Shown here: in pieces, positions 48,488 to 58,501 of the stretch
Numbering within the stretch: the first letter of the stretch is position 1
Layout of the letters: each line of letters opens with the position of its first letter
NCBI GenBank assembly: GCA_048937405.1
Contig: JBHLNF010000009.1
Coordinates: 139,096-203,095, forward strand
Length of the DNA: 64,000 bases
Reading direction: 5' to 3'
From: Promethearchaeota archaeon
GTDB taxonomy: Archaea > Asgardarchaeota > Lokiarchaeia > Sigyniarchaeales > SOKP01
Program-made: the position numbers and the translations under genes
Notes under the pieces: generated by a model
Seen by the model: only the letters and a program-made list of their open reading frames with translations
What the model was told of the DNA's origin: nothing
The model's database searches: none

Positions 48488-50506
48488 TTAGGTTACTACG
48501 ACCCTCACACGACCAAGATTATGAATTCGTGCCCATTTAGTTTCAGGATCACCTTGTCTATTCAACGATGCTCGAAGCACAGGGAAGTAAGTGCCAGGTT
48601 TGGAGAAAGTATAAGTAGTTTTCACCTCTACACGAGTACTCTTAGTATCGTTAAGCTGCTCTTTGACCGGAAAGTCACCAACGCCTTCGAAATCCCATTC
48701 TGCACCGACTATAAAACCTGCATCTGGTGGTGCTTCGATAATCCCAGAGAATTCAACCGTTTCCCCAACTGCGAGATCTACACGTTCACCCCCATTTACA
48801 GTAAGGTTGACCACTGGTTGCACTCCCTTGCGTTCCTCAGCGGTTGGTGGCACTATCACTTGCCCATCTACTACTTTATATGTGGTGCTCGTTGGAGGTA
48901 CTATACCTTTTTCAGCCCACGCACTCACATCGCGCAGCGCTTGTTGCAACACACCCCCATAATTAATAATTCGCGTCATTATTGATGGACGGGAGTCAAG
49001 CGGAGTGACTCTTGGTGGTGTATGCATTGCATGGTCAACATACCAGAGTCGGTAATTATTTTCGAATTTATCTCCTAATACCTCTTTTACTTTCGAACGA
49101 TACCAATCAGCCTGCCAAGGATAGGCGGCTTCGTCCATTAAGCAATTTACCGCAATCATCTTACCCTTAAACTTGCCACTTTGGACCGAACCAGAACCCA
49201 TATAGGCATGACGCGGACCTAGGATTTCGGGTCGTTGTGGGTACAATGGTTTACCATCGCCGTCTCGAAACTGGTCCCAAACCTTATATTCAGGTAATGG
49301 TATCTGATGGCGATGATAAGTTTGAGCAGCAAGATAATTAGAATTATCAATCAGCACTTTATCACCCACCTTGATACCTCCTAAATATGGATAGTTATCT
49401 TCACCATAGGCCAACATTACCGTATTACCGAACGCTGCAATAGCATAAGCCACTCTACCCTCTGCTTCACCACTTTTTAAAAATAATGATGCTCCCTGTA
49501 GATCAGCCGCAGTTACGCTTTCTAATACTAATCCTGCTGGGACTTCAATGTTACCTGCTTGTCCTGCAGATATTGACAATGATTGACCCATTTTTCTAAT
49601 ATCCTCAGGCATAATAAGTTTGGTGATTGTTGTTTCATGTTGGATCCGAGCGCGCAGGAGTGATTCGGGCGGATCTGCGCCGAGATAGCCTGGCACTTTC
49701 CAAAAATCCTCAAAGTATGTGGGATCCCAGTTAATCACTATATCAAGGAGTGTGGTTAAGACTCCGGTATAGCCAAACGCTATCATCTTGTAATTGAACC
49801 AAGCTCTTGGTGGGAATCCCATCTTAGTCACTTCGGTAAGTGCTTCTCGTTCCTCTTCATTTAAACCAGCGTACATGTCTCCACTGCCACCAGGTTCTAC
49901 CGCATCGATTATGGAGGGAATTTTATCTTTCAATATACGCATCGCATGGGCCTGCACAGAGAAAACATTGATCATGGCCATTGGTGATGCATGAATAAAT
50001 GGAACTACACCATCCCAAACGCCTTCTGTGCTTTCAATACAGCTGATAGTCTTATATCCTCCACCGCTACCACCCCATGCATAACCATAGGCACGATGGG
50101 GACCATACATTTTAGAGGCTACAACACGCGAGTATTTTGCTACTGCCGCACTGGTTCGATATCCTGCGATAGTAGGATCTTCGCCAGGAAACATGTCCTT
50201 CCTTCCTAAATTTGATTCCACAAAATACGCACCACTCTCGAAGACAAAACCTAACGAGTAACTGGGCTCGGATACTTCTGGTGATTGAGCAACCTTCTCG
50301 TTCCCCGATATCGCCATAATATATTGGAAGAATCGACCCTTATATTGTTCTTTTGGTGGGAAGTAGAATGAGAATAGGGCATCACTACCTTTAAATCCAC
50401 CATGGACATATCTATAACGTACTGGCTCATCCCGCCACTCATCGATATCTATAAAAGGTTCGGTAAAAAGAGGATCGCTTGCATCAAAAGTCTCAACACT
50501 TTCTAT
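48488..50506 (-). CDS. tannase-like alpha/beta-fold hydrolase with C-terminal PKD-like domain; probable ATA/ATT start
   Basis: WGGSGGG nucleophile-type motif, AEWDFEG PKD-like tail; frame continues 63 codons upstream of ATG 50317 to a GAGGTG RBS. Confidence 0.7.
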   Translation of the reverse strand: MESVETFDASDPLFTEPFIDIDEWRDEPVRYRYVHGGFKGSDALFSFYFPPKEQYKGRFFQYIMAISGNEKVAQSPEVSEPSYSLGFVFESGAYFVESNLGRKDMFPGEDPTIAGYRTSAAVAKYSRVVASKMYGPHRAYGYAWGGSGGGYKTISCIESTEGVWDGVVPFIHASPMAMINVFSVQAHAMRILKDKIPSIIDAVEPGGSGDMYAGLNEEEREALTEVTKMGFPPRAWFNYKMIAFGYTGVLTTLLDIVINWDPTYFEDFWKVPGYLGADPPESLLRARIQHETTITKLIMPEDIRKMGQSLSISAGQAGNIEVPAGLVLESVTAADLQGASLFLKSGEAEGRVAYAIAAFGNTVMLAYGEDNYPYLGGIKVGDKVLIDNSNYLAAQTYHRHQIPLPEYKVWDQFRDGDGKPLYPQRPEILGPRHAYMGSGSVQSGKFKGKMIAVNCLMDEAAYPWQADWYRSKVKEVLGDKFENNYRLWYVDHAMHTPPRVTPLDSRPSIMTRIINYGGVLQQALRDVSAWAEKGIVPPTSTTYKVVDGQVIVPPTAEERKGVQPVVNLTVNGGERVDLAVGETVEFSGIIEAPPDAGFIVGAEWDFEGVGDFPVKEQLNDTKSTRVEVKTTYTFSKPGTYFPVLRASLNRQGDPETKWARIHNLGRVRVVVT

Positions 50507-50716
50507 AATAATACACCTCTTTTTTTTTCTAATTTAATTTATAATTTTTGATTCTATTTTTCATTATTTAAAGTATTTGATTTTATTATCAAATCAGTTT
50601 AAATATAATTTATGGCAATATACCATAAAATTAATAAAAAAAGAATATATTTTTATTTAATAAACTTAAGCTTGAATATTCAAGTCATAAAAATTTTTTA
50701 AAAATATTACTTAAGA

Positions 50717-51364
50717 ATGAAAAAATTAAAAAAAATCGTTCTAAAAATACCTTTAGATCCAAAATATGAGGCATTCTTTGATCTATGGGAAAAATATGAA
50801 TTGTTCCAGATACACCGTCAAGATGATAATCAAATCTCTGTCACACAGAAAGTAAAATTCAAGGATCATAAAATGCATCCAAAAATGTTGGAAGGTAAAA
50901 ATTATGGGATTTCGGATGTAGAAGTAATAGAAGAGAATACGCCAAAAAATGAATTTATTTTCTTTTGTAAGTATAGTTGGGTTAAGGAAACAAAAGTACT
51001 CCTCGAAAAACTAGATCTGATTATCGAACCTCCAATGATGATATTTCAAGATCGTCTTTTAGTAAGTGCTATAACAGATAGTAAAAATATCGACAAACTA
51101 ATTGATACCCTGGATTCCTATTATGAAGGAGAATTGGACATTCTAAGCATATCTCATATACATCTTAATGATAAAAATCTTTTTTTAAAACTAACAGACC
51201 GTCAGAAAGAAATTATTTATTATGCTGTTCAACATGGATATTTTGAAATACCTCGTAAAATCGATTCAAAGAAAATCGCTAATCATTTTAAAATTTCTCA
51301 GAGTGCACTATATGAACATTTGCGAAAAGTAGAGAGAACAATTTTTCACTCAATATTTAGTTAA
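50717..51364 (+). CDS. transcriptional regulator with C-terminal bacterio-opsin-activator-type HTH (HTH_10)
   Basis: LTDRQKEII..A...GYFEIPR...IA..FKISQSALYEHLRK. Confidence 0.88.
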   Translation: MKKLKKIVLKIPLDPKYEAFFDLWEKYELFQIHRQDDNQISVTQKVKFKDHKMHPKMLEGKNYGISDVEVIEENTPKNEFIFFCKYSWVKETKVLLEKLDLIIEPPMMIFQDRLLVSAITDSKNIDKLIDTLDSYYEGELDILSISHIHLNDKNLFLKLTDRQKEIIYYAVQHGYFEIPRKIDSKKIANHFKISQSALYEHLRKVERTIFHSIFS

Positions 51365-51421
51365 AAATTATTATAATTTTACAATAATTATTAAATATAA
51401 ATTATTAGAAAAAGAAATATC

Positions 51422-53830
51422 ATGCAGATATTGAGTTTAACACCTGAAGAGCTTCGGAAAAAAGTCATTAGCCGTGGCATCCGTAATATCAAACGTGGAA
51501 CTGCTGATGATGATTCCAAGCGGGGTATGTTTCGACCAGAGATTCGTTTGGATTTACAGAGATCTAGGTTGATGACAGAATCTTATAAAGAAACCGAAGG
51601 ACAACCAATGGTTCTACGTCGTGCTAAGGCATTGGCCAACATTTTGAACAATATGGGCATCTTTATTCGAGATTATGAAAGGATTGTTGGTTATCAGACA
51701 GCAGATCCTAACGGTATTTTTCATCCAATTGATCAGAACTGGAAATCACCACAGCGTTTAGTTAATAGCGAAGCCGGTAAAACTCTACTTGATGAAGCAG
51801 GGAGAAAGGAACTTGATGAACTTTGCGCTTATTGGAAGGATAAATCAATAAGCGATCGTCATAAGGCGATGCTTCCTGAGCATTTAAAAAAATATTGGAC
51901 GTATGAGGGAACATTTCTCTGGACTCAGCTTTCTGAGTTGGGTATTCCGAATTATGAAAAAATATTCAAACTTGGATTAAACGGATTAATTTCAGAAATT
52001 AAATGCAAAATGATTGAATTGGATCAAGAAATTCCAGTAGATTACGTAGAGCAAAAAAACTTTCTAAGGGCTGCAATAATAACGCTAGAATCAGTGATCA
52101 AATTTGCAAATCGCTATGCTGTTTTAGCTAAGAAATCCGCCAACAAACAAGAAAACAACCAACGCAAAAAGATTCTAGAAGAGATTGCCAAGACTTGTCA
52201 ATGGATTCCAGCTAATCCTCCGAGAACATTTATCGAAGCAATCCAGTTCTTCTATTTTATCCATCTGGTGCGTTATCTGGAATATTCCACACTGGGGATT
52301 GGTGTTCGAATTGACAAGGTATTTGGGCCTTATTATGAAAGAGATTTAAAGGAAGGACGAATTAGCAAAGAAGAAGCGCTTGGAATTTTACAGCTACTTT
52401 GGGTCAAACTAAACGAACTCGGGCTGGTGTATTCCCCCACTGTAAGTTCTGTATATGGTGGTGTGGCATCTCTGCAGGCAGTAACCATTGGCGGAACAGA
52501 TGACATGGGTAAGGATGTGACAAACGACCTAACCTATTTAACCATGGAAGCAGCAAAATCATTAAAAATAATCGAACCCAGTATAGCTTTAAGAATTCAT
52601 GAGGGAACACCGGACGAAGTCTATTCCAAGGCAATTAACGTCATAAAAACCGGTATTGGGTATCCCTCCTTGTTTAATGATGAAGCTTTAATTCCACTTT
52701 TCGAACATTGGGGTGTTCCATCTCATGATGCTAAGCAATATGCTGTCAGCGGCTGCGTTTACATTGAGATTCCAGGAAAGAACATTGTTCGTCGATCGGT
52801 AGGCTATTTTGTATTACCAAAATGTTTATGGTGGGCGCTACATCAAGGTGTAAACCCGAAAACAGGTGAACAGCATGGAGCCCGAACTCCCGATCCTGCT
52901 ACCTTTAAAAGTTGGGAAGATGTTCTTGATGCATATGCCGAACAAGTGAAATTCTTTACTGAAAAGATTGAACATCTCGAAAGAATCAACAATCAACTTT
53001 TAGCAGAATACTGTCCCCGCCCATTTTACTCATCACTTCTAGACGGTTGCATTGAACAAGGCAAAGATTGTCGTAAATGGGTCTACAATTCTATGATCCA
53101 TCATTTTGCCCAGGTAATCGGTGGTACGAATGTTGCAGATGCCATCACAGCAATTAGAAAAGTAGTTTTTGAGGATAAAAAAGTCACACTTCCAGAATTG
53201 ATCAAAATTATGGATGAAAATTGGAAAAATCATGAATATATCCGTCAAATCTGTCTTAACGCACCAAAATTCGGCAATGATGATGATTATGCTGATTTAA
53301 TTGCTCGTGAAGTTCAAGCTCGAGGCGAAACTGCCATGGAATTAGTAAAAGACCCATTTGGATATTCGCATAGAGGCGATGGTAGTGCGGTATCTGCCAC
53401 CTATGGATTAGCCAATGATACACCAGCTACTCCCGATGGTCGTTTGGATGGAGAGCCTTTTGCAGATTCTACTCTGGCACCCGCTCCAGGAAGGGACAAG
53501 AAAGGTCCTACTGCTGTTTTAAGATCCGTTTCCAAGATCAGTACTATAGATACATTTAATCATCTCCTCAATCAGAAATTTCTTCCCAAGTTTTTACGAG
53601 AGGATTTGAAGCCATTGTTTCTCGCCTATCTAAAAACATGGAAAGCGTTAAATATTCCTCATATTCAATTCAATATTGTCGATAAGGAGACGTTGTTGCA
53701 AGCAAAAGCCCACCCAGTGGAATACACCGATCTGATTGTTAGAGTTGCTGGATTTAGTGCTTATTTTGTAGATTTATCATCGGGTCTACAAGATCACATT
53801 ATCGCTAGAACAGAGCAGAGTTTAACATAA
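51422..53830 (+). CDS. glycyl radical enzyme (PFL superfamily, substrate unknown)
   Basis: C-terminal VRVAGFSAYF glycyl loop, SGCVY Cys loop, APKFGNDD, TPDGR. Confidence 0.92.
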   Translation: MQILSLTPEELRKKVISRGIRNIKRGTADDDSKRGMFRPEIRLDLQRSRLMTESYKETEGQPMVLRRAKALANILNNMGIFIRDYERIVGYQTADPNGIFHPIDQNWKSPQRLVNSEAGKTLLDEAGRKELDELCAYWKDKSISDRHKAMLPEHLKKYWTYEGTFLWTQLSELGIPNYEKIFKLGLNGLISEIKCKMIELDQEIPVDYVEQKNFLRAAIITLESVIKFANRYAVLAKKSANKQENNQRKKILEEIAKTCQWIPANPPRTFIEAIQFFYFIHLVRYLEYSTLGIGVRIDKVFGPYYERDLKEGRISKEEALGILQLLWVKLNELGLVYSPTVSSVYGGVASLQAVTIGGTDDMGKDVTNDLTYLTMEAAKSLKIIEPSIALRIHEGTPDEVYSKAINVIKTGIGYPSLFNDEALIPLFEHWGVPSHDAKQYAVSGCVYIEIPGKNIVRRSVGYFVLPKCLWWALHQGVNPKTGEQHGARTPDPATFKSWEDVLDAYAEQVKFFTEKIEHLERINNQLLAEYCPRPFYSSLLDGCIEQGKDCRKWVYNSMIHHFAQVIGGTNVADAITAIRKVVFEDKKVTLPELIKIMDENWKNHEYIRQICLNAPKFGNDDDYADLIAREVQARGETAMELVKDPFGYSHRGDGSAVSATYGLANDTPATPDGRLDGEPFADSTLAPAPGRDKKGPTAVLRSVSKISTIDTFNHLLNQKFLPKFLREDLKPLFLAYLKTWKALNIPHIQFNIVDKETLLQAKAHPVEYTDLIVRVAGFSAYFVDLSSGLQDHIIARTEQSLT

Positions 53831-53962
53831 AAATTGAGAAATAAGATCCAGTAAAATTTTTCGACTTCATATAGATTTAAAGCAATAATAGAGAATTAAA
53901 TAGATTAATATTATACCCATAATTTTTTAAGAGATTTATACAACTTTTTAAACTGATGTAAA

Positions 53963-54430
53963 TTGCGAGATAAACGATTTGTTCGAGATCATCGGGGAGG
54001 AACGCTGAAACTAAAACAACACCAACAATTAATAAATTGGGCTTGTGCATGTGCTAATCATTTATTGTCTCTTTTGGGTAATAATATAGATGAGCGTTTG
54101 AATAATGCCTTAGCAGTAGCTAAAGAATGGGGAAAAGGAAATGCTTCGGTTGGAGATGCAAGAAAAGCATCAGTAGATGCACATACTGTAGCAAGAGATT
54201 CTTCTGATCCAATTTCAATTGCAATAGCCCGTTCAATTGGTCATGCTGTTGCTACTGCTCATATGGCAGATCATTCATTAGGGGCTGCTCTATATGCTCT
54301 GAAAGCAGTGAAGAATGCTGGAAAATCAATCCATTCGGAAAGAAAATGGCAAAATGAACAATTGTCATTAGAAATCAAGGAGCTTATCATAACTGCTAGG
54401 AAAGAGAAAGAGAAACATTTCAAAATCTAG
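53963..54430 (+). CDS. Imm5-like putative immunity protein
   Basis: WACACANHLL, ARSIGHAVATAHMADHSLGAALYALKA, ERKWQ. Confidence 0.75.
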   Translation: MRDKRFVRDHRGGTLKLKQHQQLINWACACANHLLSLLGNNIDERLNNALAVAKEWGKGNASVGDARKASVDAHTVARDSSDPISIAIARSIGHAVATAHMADHSLGAALYALKAVKNAGKSIHSERKWQNEQLSLEIKELIITARKEKEKHFKI

Positions 54431-54633
54431 CTTAATATTGCTTTATTCCAAACTAAAATTAATTCTATCCTAAGTTTTTTATGAAATACTCCCTCTATTT
54501 TCTAAATAATTGTTAAACTTATTTTATTTTTAGAAAATTTATCATTTATTTTGAAGACTCACCCTTTCTGTGATCTTTCAGAAAAAATCATAGATAATAT
54601 TTTGTAAGGATTAAGACTAGCAAAACCGCTAAT

Positions 54634-54870
54634 TTATATCCCCGCATCTTTACGAGCTTTATCTGCTTCTCCTCGACCAATATGACCTTTTACGCCATTT
54701 TGTAGCAAAATTTTTAGACCCTCCAAATATTTTATCCCACAATCTTGATGCCAATAATAATTGTAACCTTTTGATGGGGCAAATCTAAGCCTAAGAGTGC
54801 TTTTTTCAATAAGGTCTCCACACCAATCACATTTAGTGGTGCCTGTGGGTGCTTCTTCTATTTGAAACAT
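54634..54870 (-). CDS. stand-alone PARP-type zinc-finger protein
   Basis: IEEAPTGTTKCDWCGDLIEKSTLRL...WHQDC (CxxC...HxxC). Confidence 0.7.
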   Translation of the reverse strand: MFQIEEAPTGTTKCDWCGDLIEKSTLRLRFAPSKGYNYYWHQDCGIKYLEGLKILLQNGVKGHIGRGEADKARKDAGI

Positions 54871-55261
54871 TGCATAAAATTCCTCATTCTATCAAACAAT
54901 ATTCTACGTTAAAGTCTCATTGAAATTAAACCTTTCTTAAAAGATTATAATGATTTTTTCATTTTATTAAGTTTTTTATAGGTCATCCCTAAATTATGCC
55001 ATATTTCAATGATATTAGATTGAACTTGACTGAGAATTTCATATATATCAATTGCTTGAGAATATTTTTTTATTATAATATATATTTACAACAGAAATGC
55101 AATTATAGAAATTATGTTCAAAAATAATTTCTTTGACGATAGGATTTAAATTTTTATACTAAAATTATCAAGAACTATATATAGAACTAGACTTGATAAG
55201 ATTTAATAATCTTGATGTTGATTTTTATAGTAATCAAAAACCATCGCATTTTTTACTAAAA

Positions 55262-55918
55262 ATGAAGAAATTAAAAAAAATTGTTTTCAAAATACCAATA
55301 AAAACATCAATTGATCCAAGACATGAATTTTTTACTCAATTTGAAAAATATGAATTACTTCAAATACATCGTCAGGATGACGATCAAATCTACGTCACCC
55401 AAAAAGTCAAGTTCAAGGATGATAAAATGCATCCAAAAATGCTGAAAGGCAAAAAGTATGGTATATCGTTTATCGAAGTTATAGAAGAAAATAATCCAAA
55501 AAAGGAGTTTATTTTCTTTTCCAAACATAAATTGCGCAACGATTTGAAAAATTTCCTCGAAAGATTAGATTTGATCATTGAACCTCCTATTATTCTCGAT
55601 CAAGATTCTCTTTTGATTAACATTATTTCAGATAGTAAAAATATTGATAGTTTCTGTAATTCCTTAGAGTCTTTTTTTGGTGATGACATAAATATTCTAA
55701 GTATATCTTCCATGCATCCAAACTATAAAAATATTTTTTTAGAATTAACAGATCGTCAGAAAGAAATTATTTATTACGCTGTTCAGCACGGATTTTTTGA
55801 AATACCTCATAGGATCAATTCAGAGGAAATTGCTGATCATTTTAAAATCTCTCAGAGTTCATTATATGAACATTTGCGCAAGATCGACAGAACGATTTAT
55901 CACTCGATATTCAAGTGA
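55262..55918 (+). CDS. HTH_10 regulator, paralog of 50717-51364
   Basis: Shares MKKLKKIV, QIHRQDD, LTDRQKEII; start set by alignment to the paralog. Confidence 0.88.
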   Translation: MKKLKKIVFKIPIKTSIDPRHEFFTQFEKYELLQIHRQDDDQIYVTQKVKFKDDKMHPKMLKGKKYGISFIEVIEENNPKKEFIFFSKHKLRNDLKNFLERLDLIIEPPIILDQDSLLINIISDSKNIDSFCNSLESFFGDDINILSISSMHPNYKNIFLELTDRQKEIIYYAVQHGFFEIPHRINSEEIADHFKISQSSLYEHLRKIDRTIYHSIFK

Positions 55919-56195
55919 ATTGTTATAATATCACTCAAAGGTTTAAATCATATATTGATCTTAAAAATGGAAAAAGGATTTCACATTTTCTATGATCTTT
56001 CAGAAATAATCCAAATTTCTTTTTCAGATTTTTCAAAGTTAGTCTTTGTCCACAAAAATATATTACATTATGTCTATAAAAACAAAAAGTAATCAATATT
56101 TTCAAATTAATGAAAAAATTAGCCTTTTTCTTTTCCTTCTTTAAATCTGAAAAATTAAAATGTAATTATCGGATAGTTTATTAGAAATTAAACCT

Positions 56196-57152
56196 TTAAT
56201 CCTTTTCCAATCCAACTATTTTATTACTTAGGTCAACTAATTTCTTGGCAGTATCCATATTTCTGGCATTTGGATTTGGAGATTTCATGGGCCAACCACC
56301 ATCTCTACGTTCTTTGTCTCGATAAAGTCCACAGCTCTGACTGAAATATGCTCCTGAATGCTTTGGTGCATCATCAGAGAGTAAACAATGAAGCGATGTT
56401 TGGGCTGAATCTTTGTTACTGTCGGTGAGCCAATGTTTAAACGGAAATATTAACACATTCATGAATTTCATTCCCAAACCCCCGAAGTTCGATCTTGCCC
56501 AACCAGGGTGAACTGAGGCTGTTGTAACGCCCGTGCCTTCCAGTCTTTTCGCAAGCTCCATTGCATATAATACATCGGCAATTTTAGCCTCAGTATAAGC
56601 AGTAAGCCTTTTGAATTTTCTTGTATTAAAATTTAAGTCTTCTAAATGAATATCAGGTCGATTTTTTTTGCTTCCTGCGTGAATAAGGGATGAAACAATA
56701 ACCATTCTTGATGGAGCACTTTTCTTCAATAAATCAAGTAATAGTTCAGTAAGAAGAAAATGACCGAAATAGTTAACAGCCATTGTCATCTCTAATCCAT
56801 CTTTCGTATGTTTGATTCTCCCAGTGGTAACGAGTCCTGCATTGCACGTCAAACCATCCAGTTTATCATGCTTCTCTAAGAATTCAGCAACAAAATCTCT
56901 CACTGACTGTAGTTCAGCAAGGTCTAATCTCATGACCTCATAACTACCTTTTAATCCGGTAAAACTTTTAGCCACTTTCTCTGCTGCATCGGTTCTTCTA
57001 CATGCCATTATTACATGACCCCCTTGCTTAACTAATTGTCTTGTTGTTTCAAGACCAATACCAGAATTGGCACCGGTAACAATATACACTTTTCCACTTA
57101 GATCTTTTGAAAGGGTTTTTTCATCAACCCGTATAAGATTCTTTCTACTCAA
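56196..57152 (-). CDS. SDR oxidoreductase (retinol dehydrogenase/WWOX-like)
   Basis: TGANSGIG, NAG, NYFGHF, YTEAK, VHPG. Confidence 0.92.
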   Translation of the reverse strand: MSRKNLIRVDEKTLSKDLSGKVYIVTGANSGIGLETTRQLVKQGGHVIMACRRTDAAEKVAKSFTGLKGSYEVMRLDLAELQSVRDFVAEFLEKHDKLDGLTCNAGLVTTGRIKHTKDGLEMTMAVNYFGHFLLTELLLDLLKKSAPSRMVIVSSLIHAGSKKNRPDIHLEDLNFNTRKFKRLTAYTEAKIADVLYAMELAKRLEGTGVTTASVHPGWARSNFGGLGMKFMNVLIFPFKHWLTDSNKDSAQTSLHCLLSDDAPKHSGAYFSQSCGLYRDKERRDGGWPMKSPNPNARNMDTAKKLVDLSNKIVGLEKD

Positions 57153-57450
57153 TTTAATCTTCTTTTTGATTAATTAATAGTCTATTAATTTACTACAATT
57201 CCTTTTAGAAATTTAACTAATACCTAAATTTTTGATTAAATTATCATATCTCTGAAAGTATTTTCAAATTTAAAAAAATTTGGTCGAATTTGACTTAAAT
57301 CTAAACCACAATAATAAGTAAGCTATTTCTTAAGTAAATAAAAAAAATAGATATTCATAAAAAGGTAGACATCAATTTTATTGCAAAAATTAAAAATTTA
57401 CATCATTATTTTGGCTTATTTATGAAAAATTCTGGGTTATTTTTGAAAAA

Positions 57451-57837
57451 TCATACTTTCTCAAAATCTAATGAAATTGAGTTAATACAATACCGACATC
57501 CTGTAGTTTTTGGACCATCATTGAATACATGCCCTAAATGCCCTCCACATTTGCTACAGAGGACTTCAGTACGTTTCATTCCATGGCTAGTATCTAATTT
57601 TTCTTCAACATTTGCATCATCAATAGGTTGATCAAAACTTGGCCAACCTGTGCCAGAATCAAACTTTTTATCGGAAAAAAATAAAGGTTGACCACAACCC
57701 GCGCATTTATAAACACCTTTTTCATGATTATTTAATAATTTCCCTGTAAATGGAGGTTCAGTTCCTTTTTCTCGAAGAATATGATATTGTTCTTTTGTTA
57801 ATTTTTTTTTCCATTTATCTTCAGACATTTTTGACAC
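57451..57837 (-). CDS. msrB: peptide-methionine (R)-S-oxide reductase
   Basis: [33 protein letters not shown]. Confidence 0.97.
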   Translation of the reverse strand: MSKMSEDKWKKKLTKEQYHILREKGTEPPFTGKLLNNHEKGVYKCAGCGQPLFFSDKKFDSGTGWPSFDQPIDDANVEEKLDTSHGMKRTEVLCSKCGGHLGHVFNDGPKTTGCRYCINSISLDFEKV

Positions 57838-57980
57838 CTTATATTTAACAAGAATTTGCGCCTATTATAATCCTCGCCTTATAATCTCTAAAATTATTAA
57901 TTCCAATTACTTATAAAAAAAATCTTGGATTCACTTATCATTTATATTAAATTAGGCACATCTTTAACTTTCTATATCTT

Positions 57981-58469
57981 TTGATTAAAAATATGGAGTC
58001 TCAAAAAGCTATTTTTGCTGCAGGTTGTTTTTGGGGTGTAGAAGCTAAATTTAGAAAACTAGATGGTGTTGTTTCTACTCGTGTAGGATATACAGGTGGT
58101 CATTTTTTTGAGCCTACTTATAATGATGTGTGTTCTCATAAGACTGGTCATGCTGAAGCTATAGAAGTTACATTTGATCCCTCTAAAATATCATATAATG
58201 AGCTTTTAGATGTATTTTGGTCAATTCACGACCCAACAACATTAAACAGACAAGGTCCTGATGTTGGTTCCCAGTATCGTTCAGCAATTTTTTATATTAA
58301 TAATGAACAAAAGGAAATAGCCGAGAATTCTAAGGCTAAACTTGAAGTATCTAAACGCTTTAAAAGACCAATTGTTACACAAATAGTCCCAGCATCAGAT
58401 TTTTGGCAAGCAGAGGAATATCATCAACAATATCATGAAAAACAAACAAAAAAAAGATATACTCTTTAG
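57981..58469 (+). CDS. msrA: peptide-methionine (S)-S-oxide reductase
   Basis: [31 protein letters not shown]; start may be ATG 57993. Confidence 0.97.
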   Translation: MIKNMESQKAIFAAGCFWGVEAKFRKLDGVVSTRVGYTGGHFFEPTYNDVCSHKTGHAEAIEVTFDPSKISYNELLDVFWSIHDPTTLNRQGPDVGSQYRSAIFYINNEQKEIAENSKAKLEVSKRFKRPIVTQIVPASDFWQAEEYHQQYHEKQTKKRYTL

Positions 58470-58501
58470 GAAAAATTAATAGGAAATTGCCAAAAAAAAA
58501 T

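Noticed and set aside
48362-50442. Overlapping ORFs 48362-48985, 48663-48962, 49528-49713, 49794-49994, 49991-50209, 50251-50442 and similar short ORFs elsewhere
   Set aside because: Antisense or off-frame shadows of well-supported genes, more frequent where GC is higher; no motifs.
53963-54430. Polymorphic toxin-immunity locus
   Set aside because: No toxin or secretion gene nearby; Imm5-like genes often occur alone.
57451-58469. msrA/msrB as selenoproteins or as a novelty
   Set aside because: Both have Cys at the catalytic positions and complete ORFs; an ordinary divergent pair.
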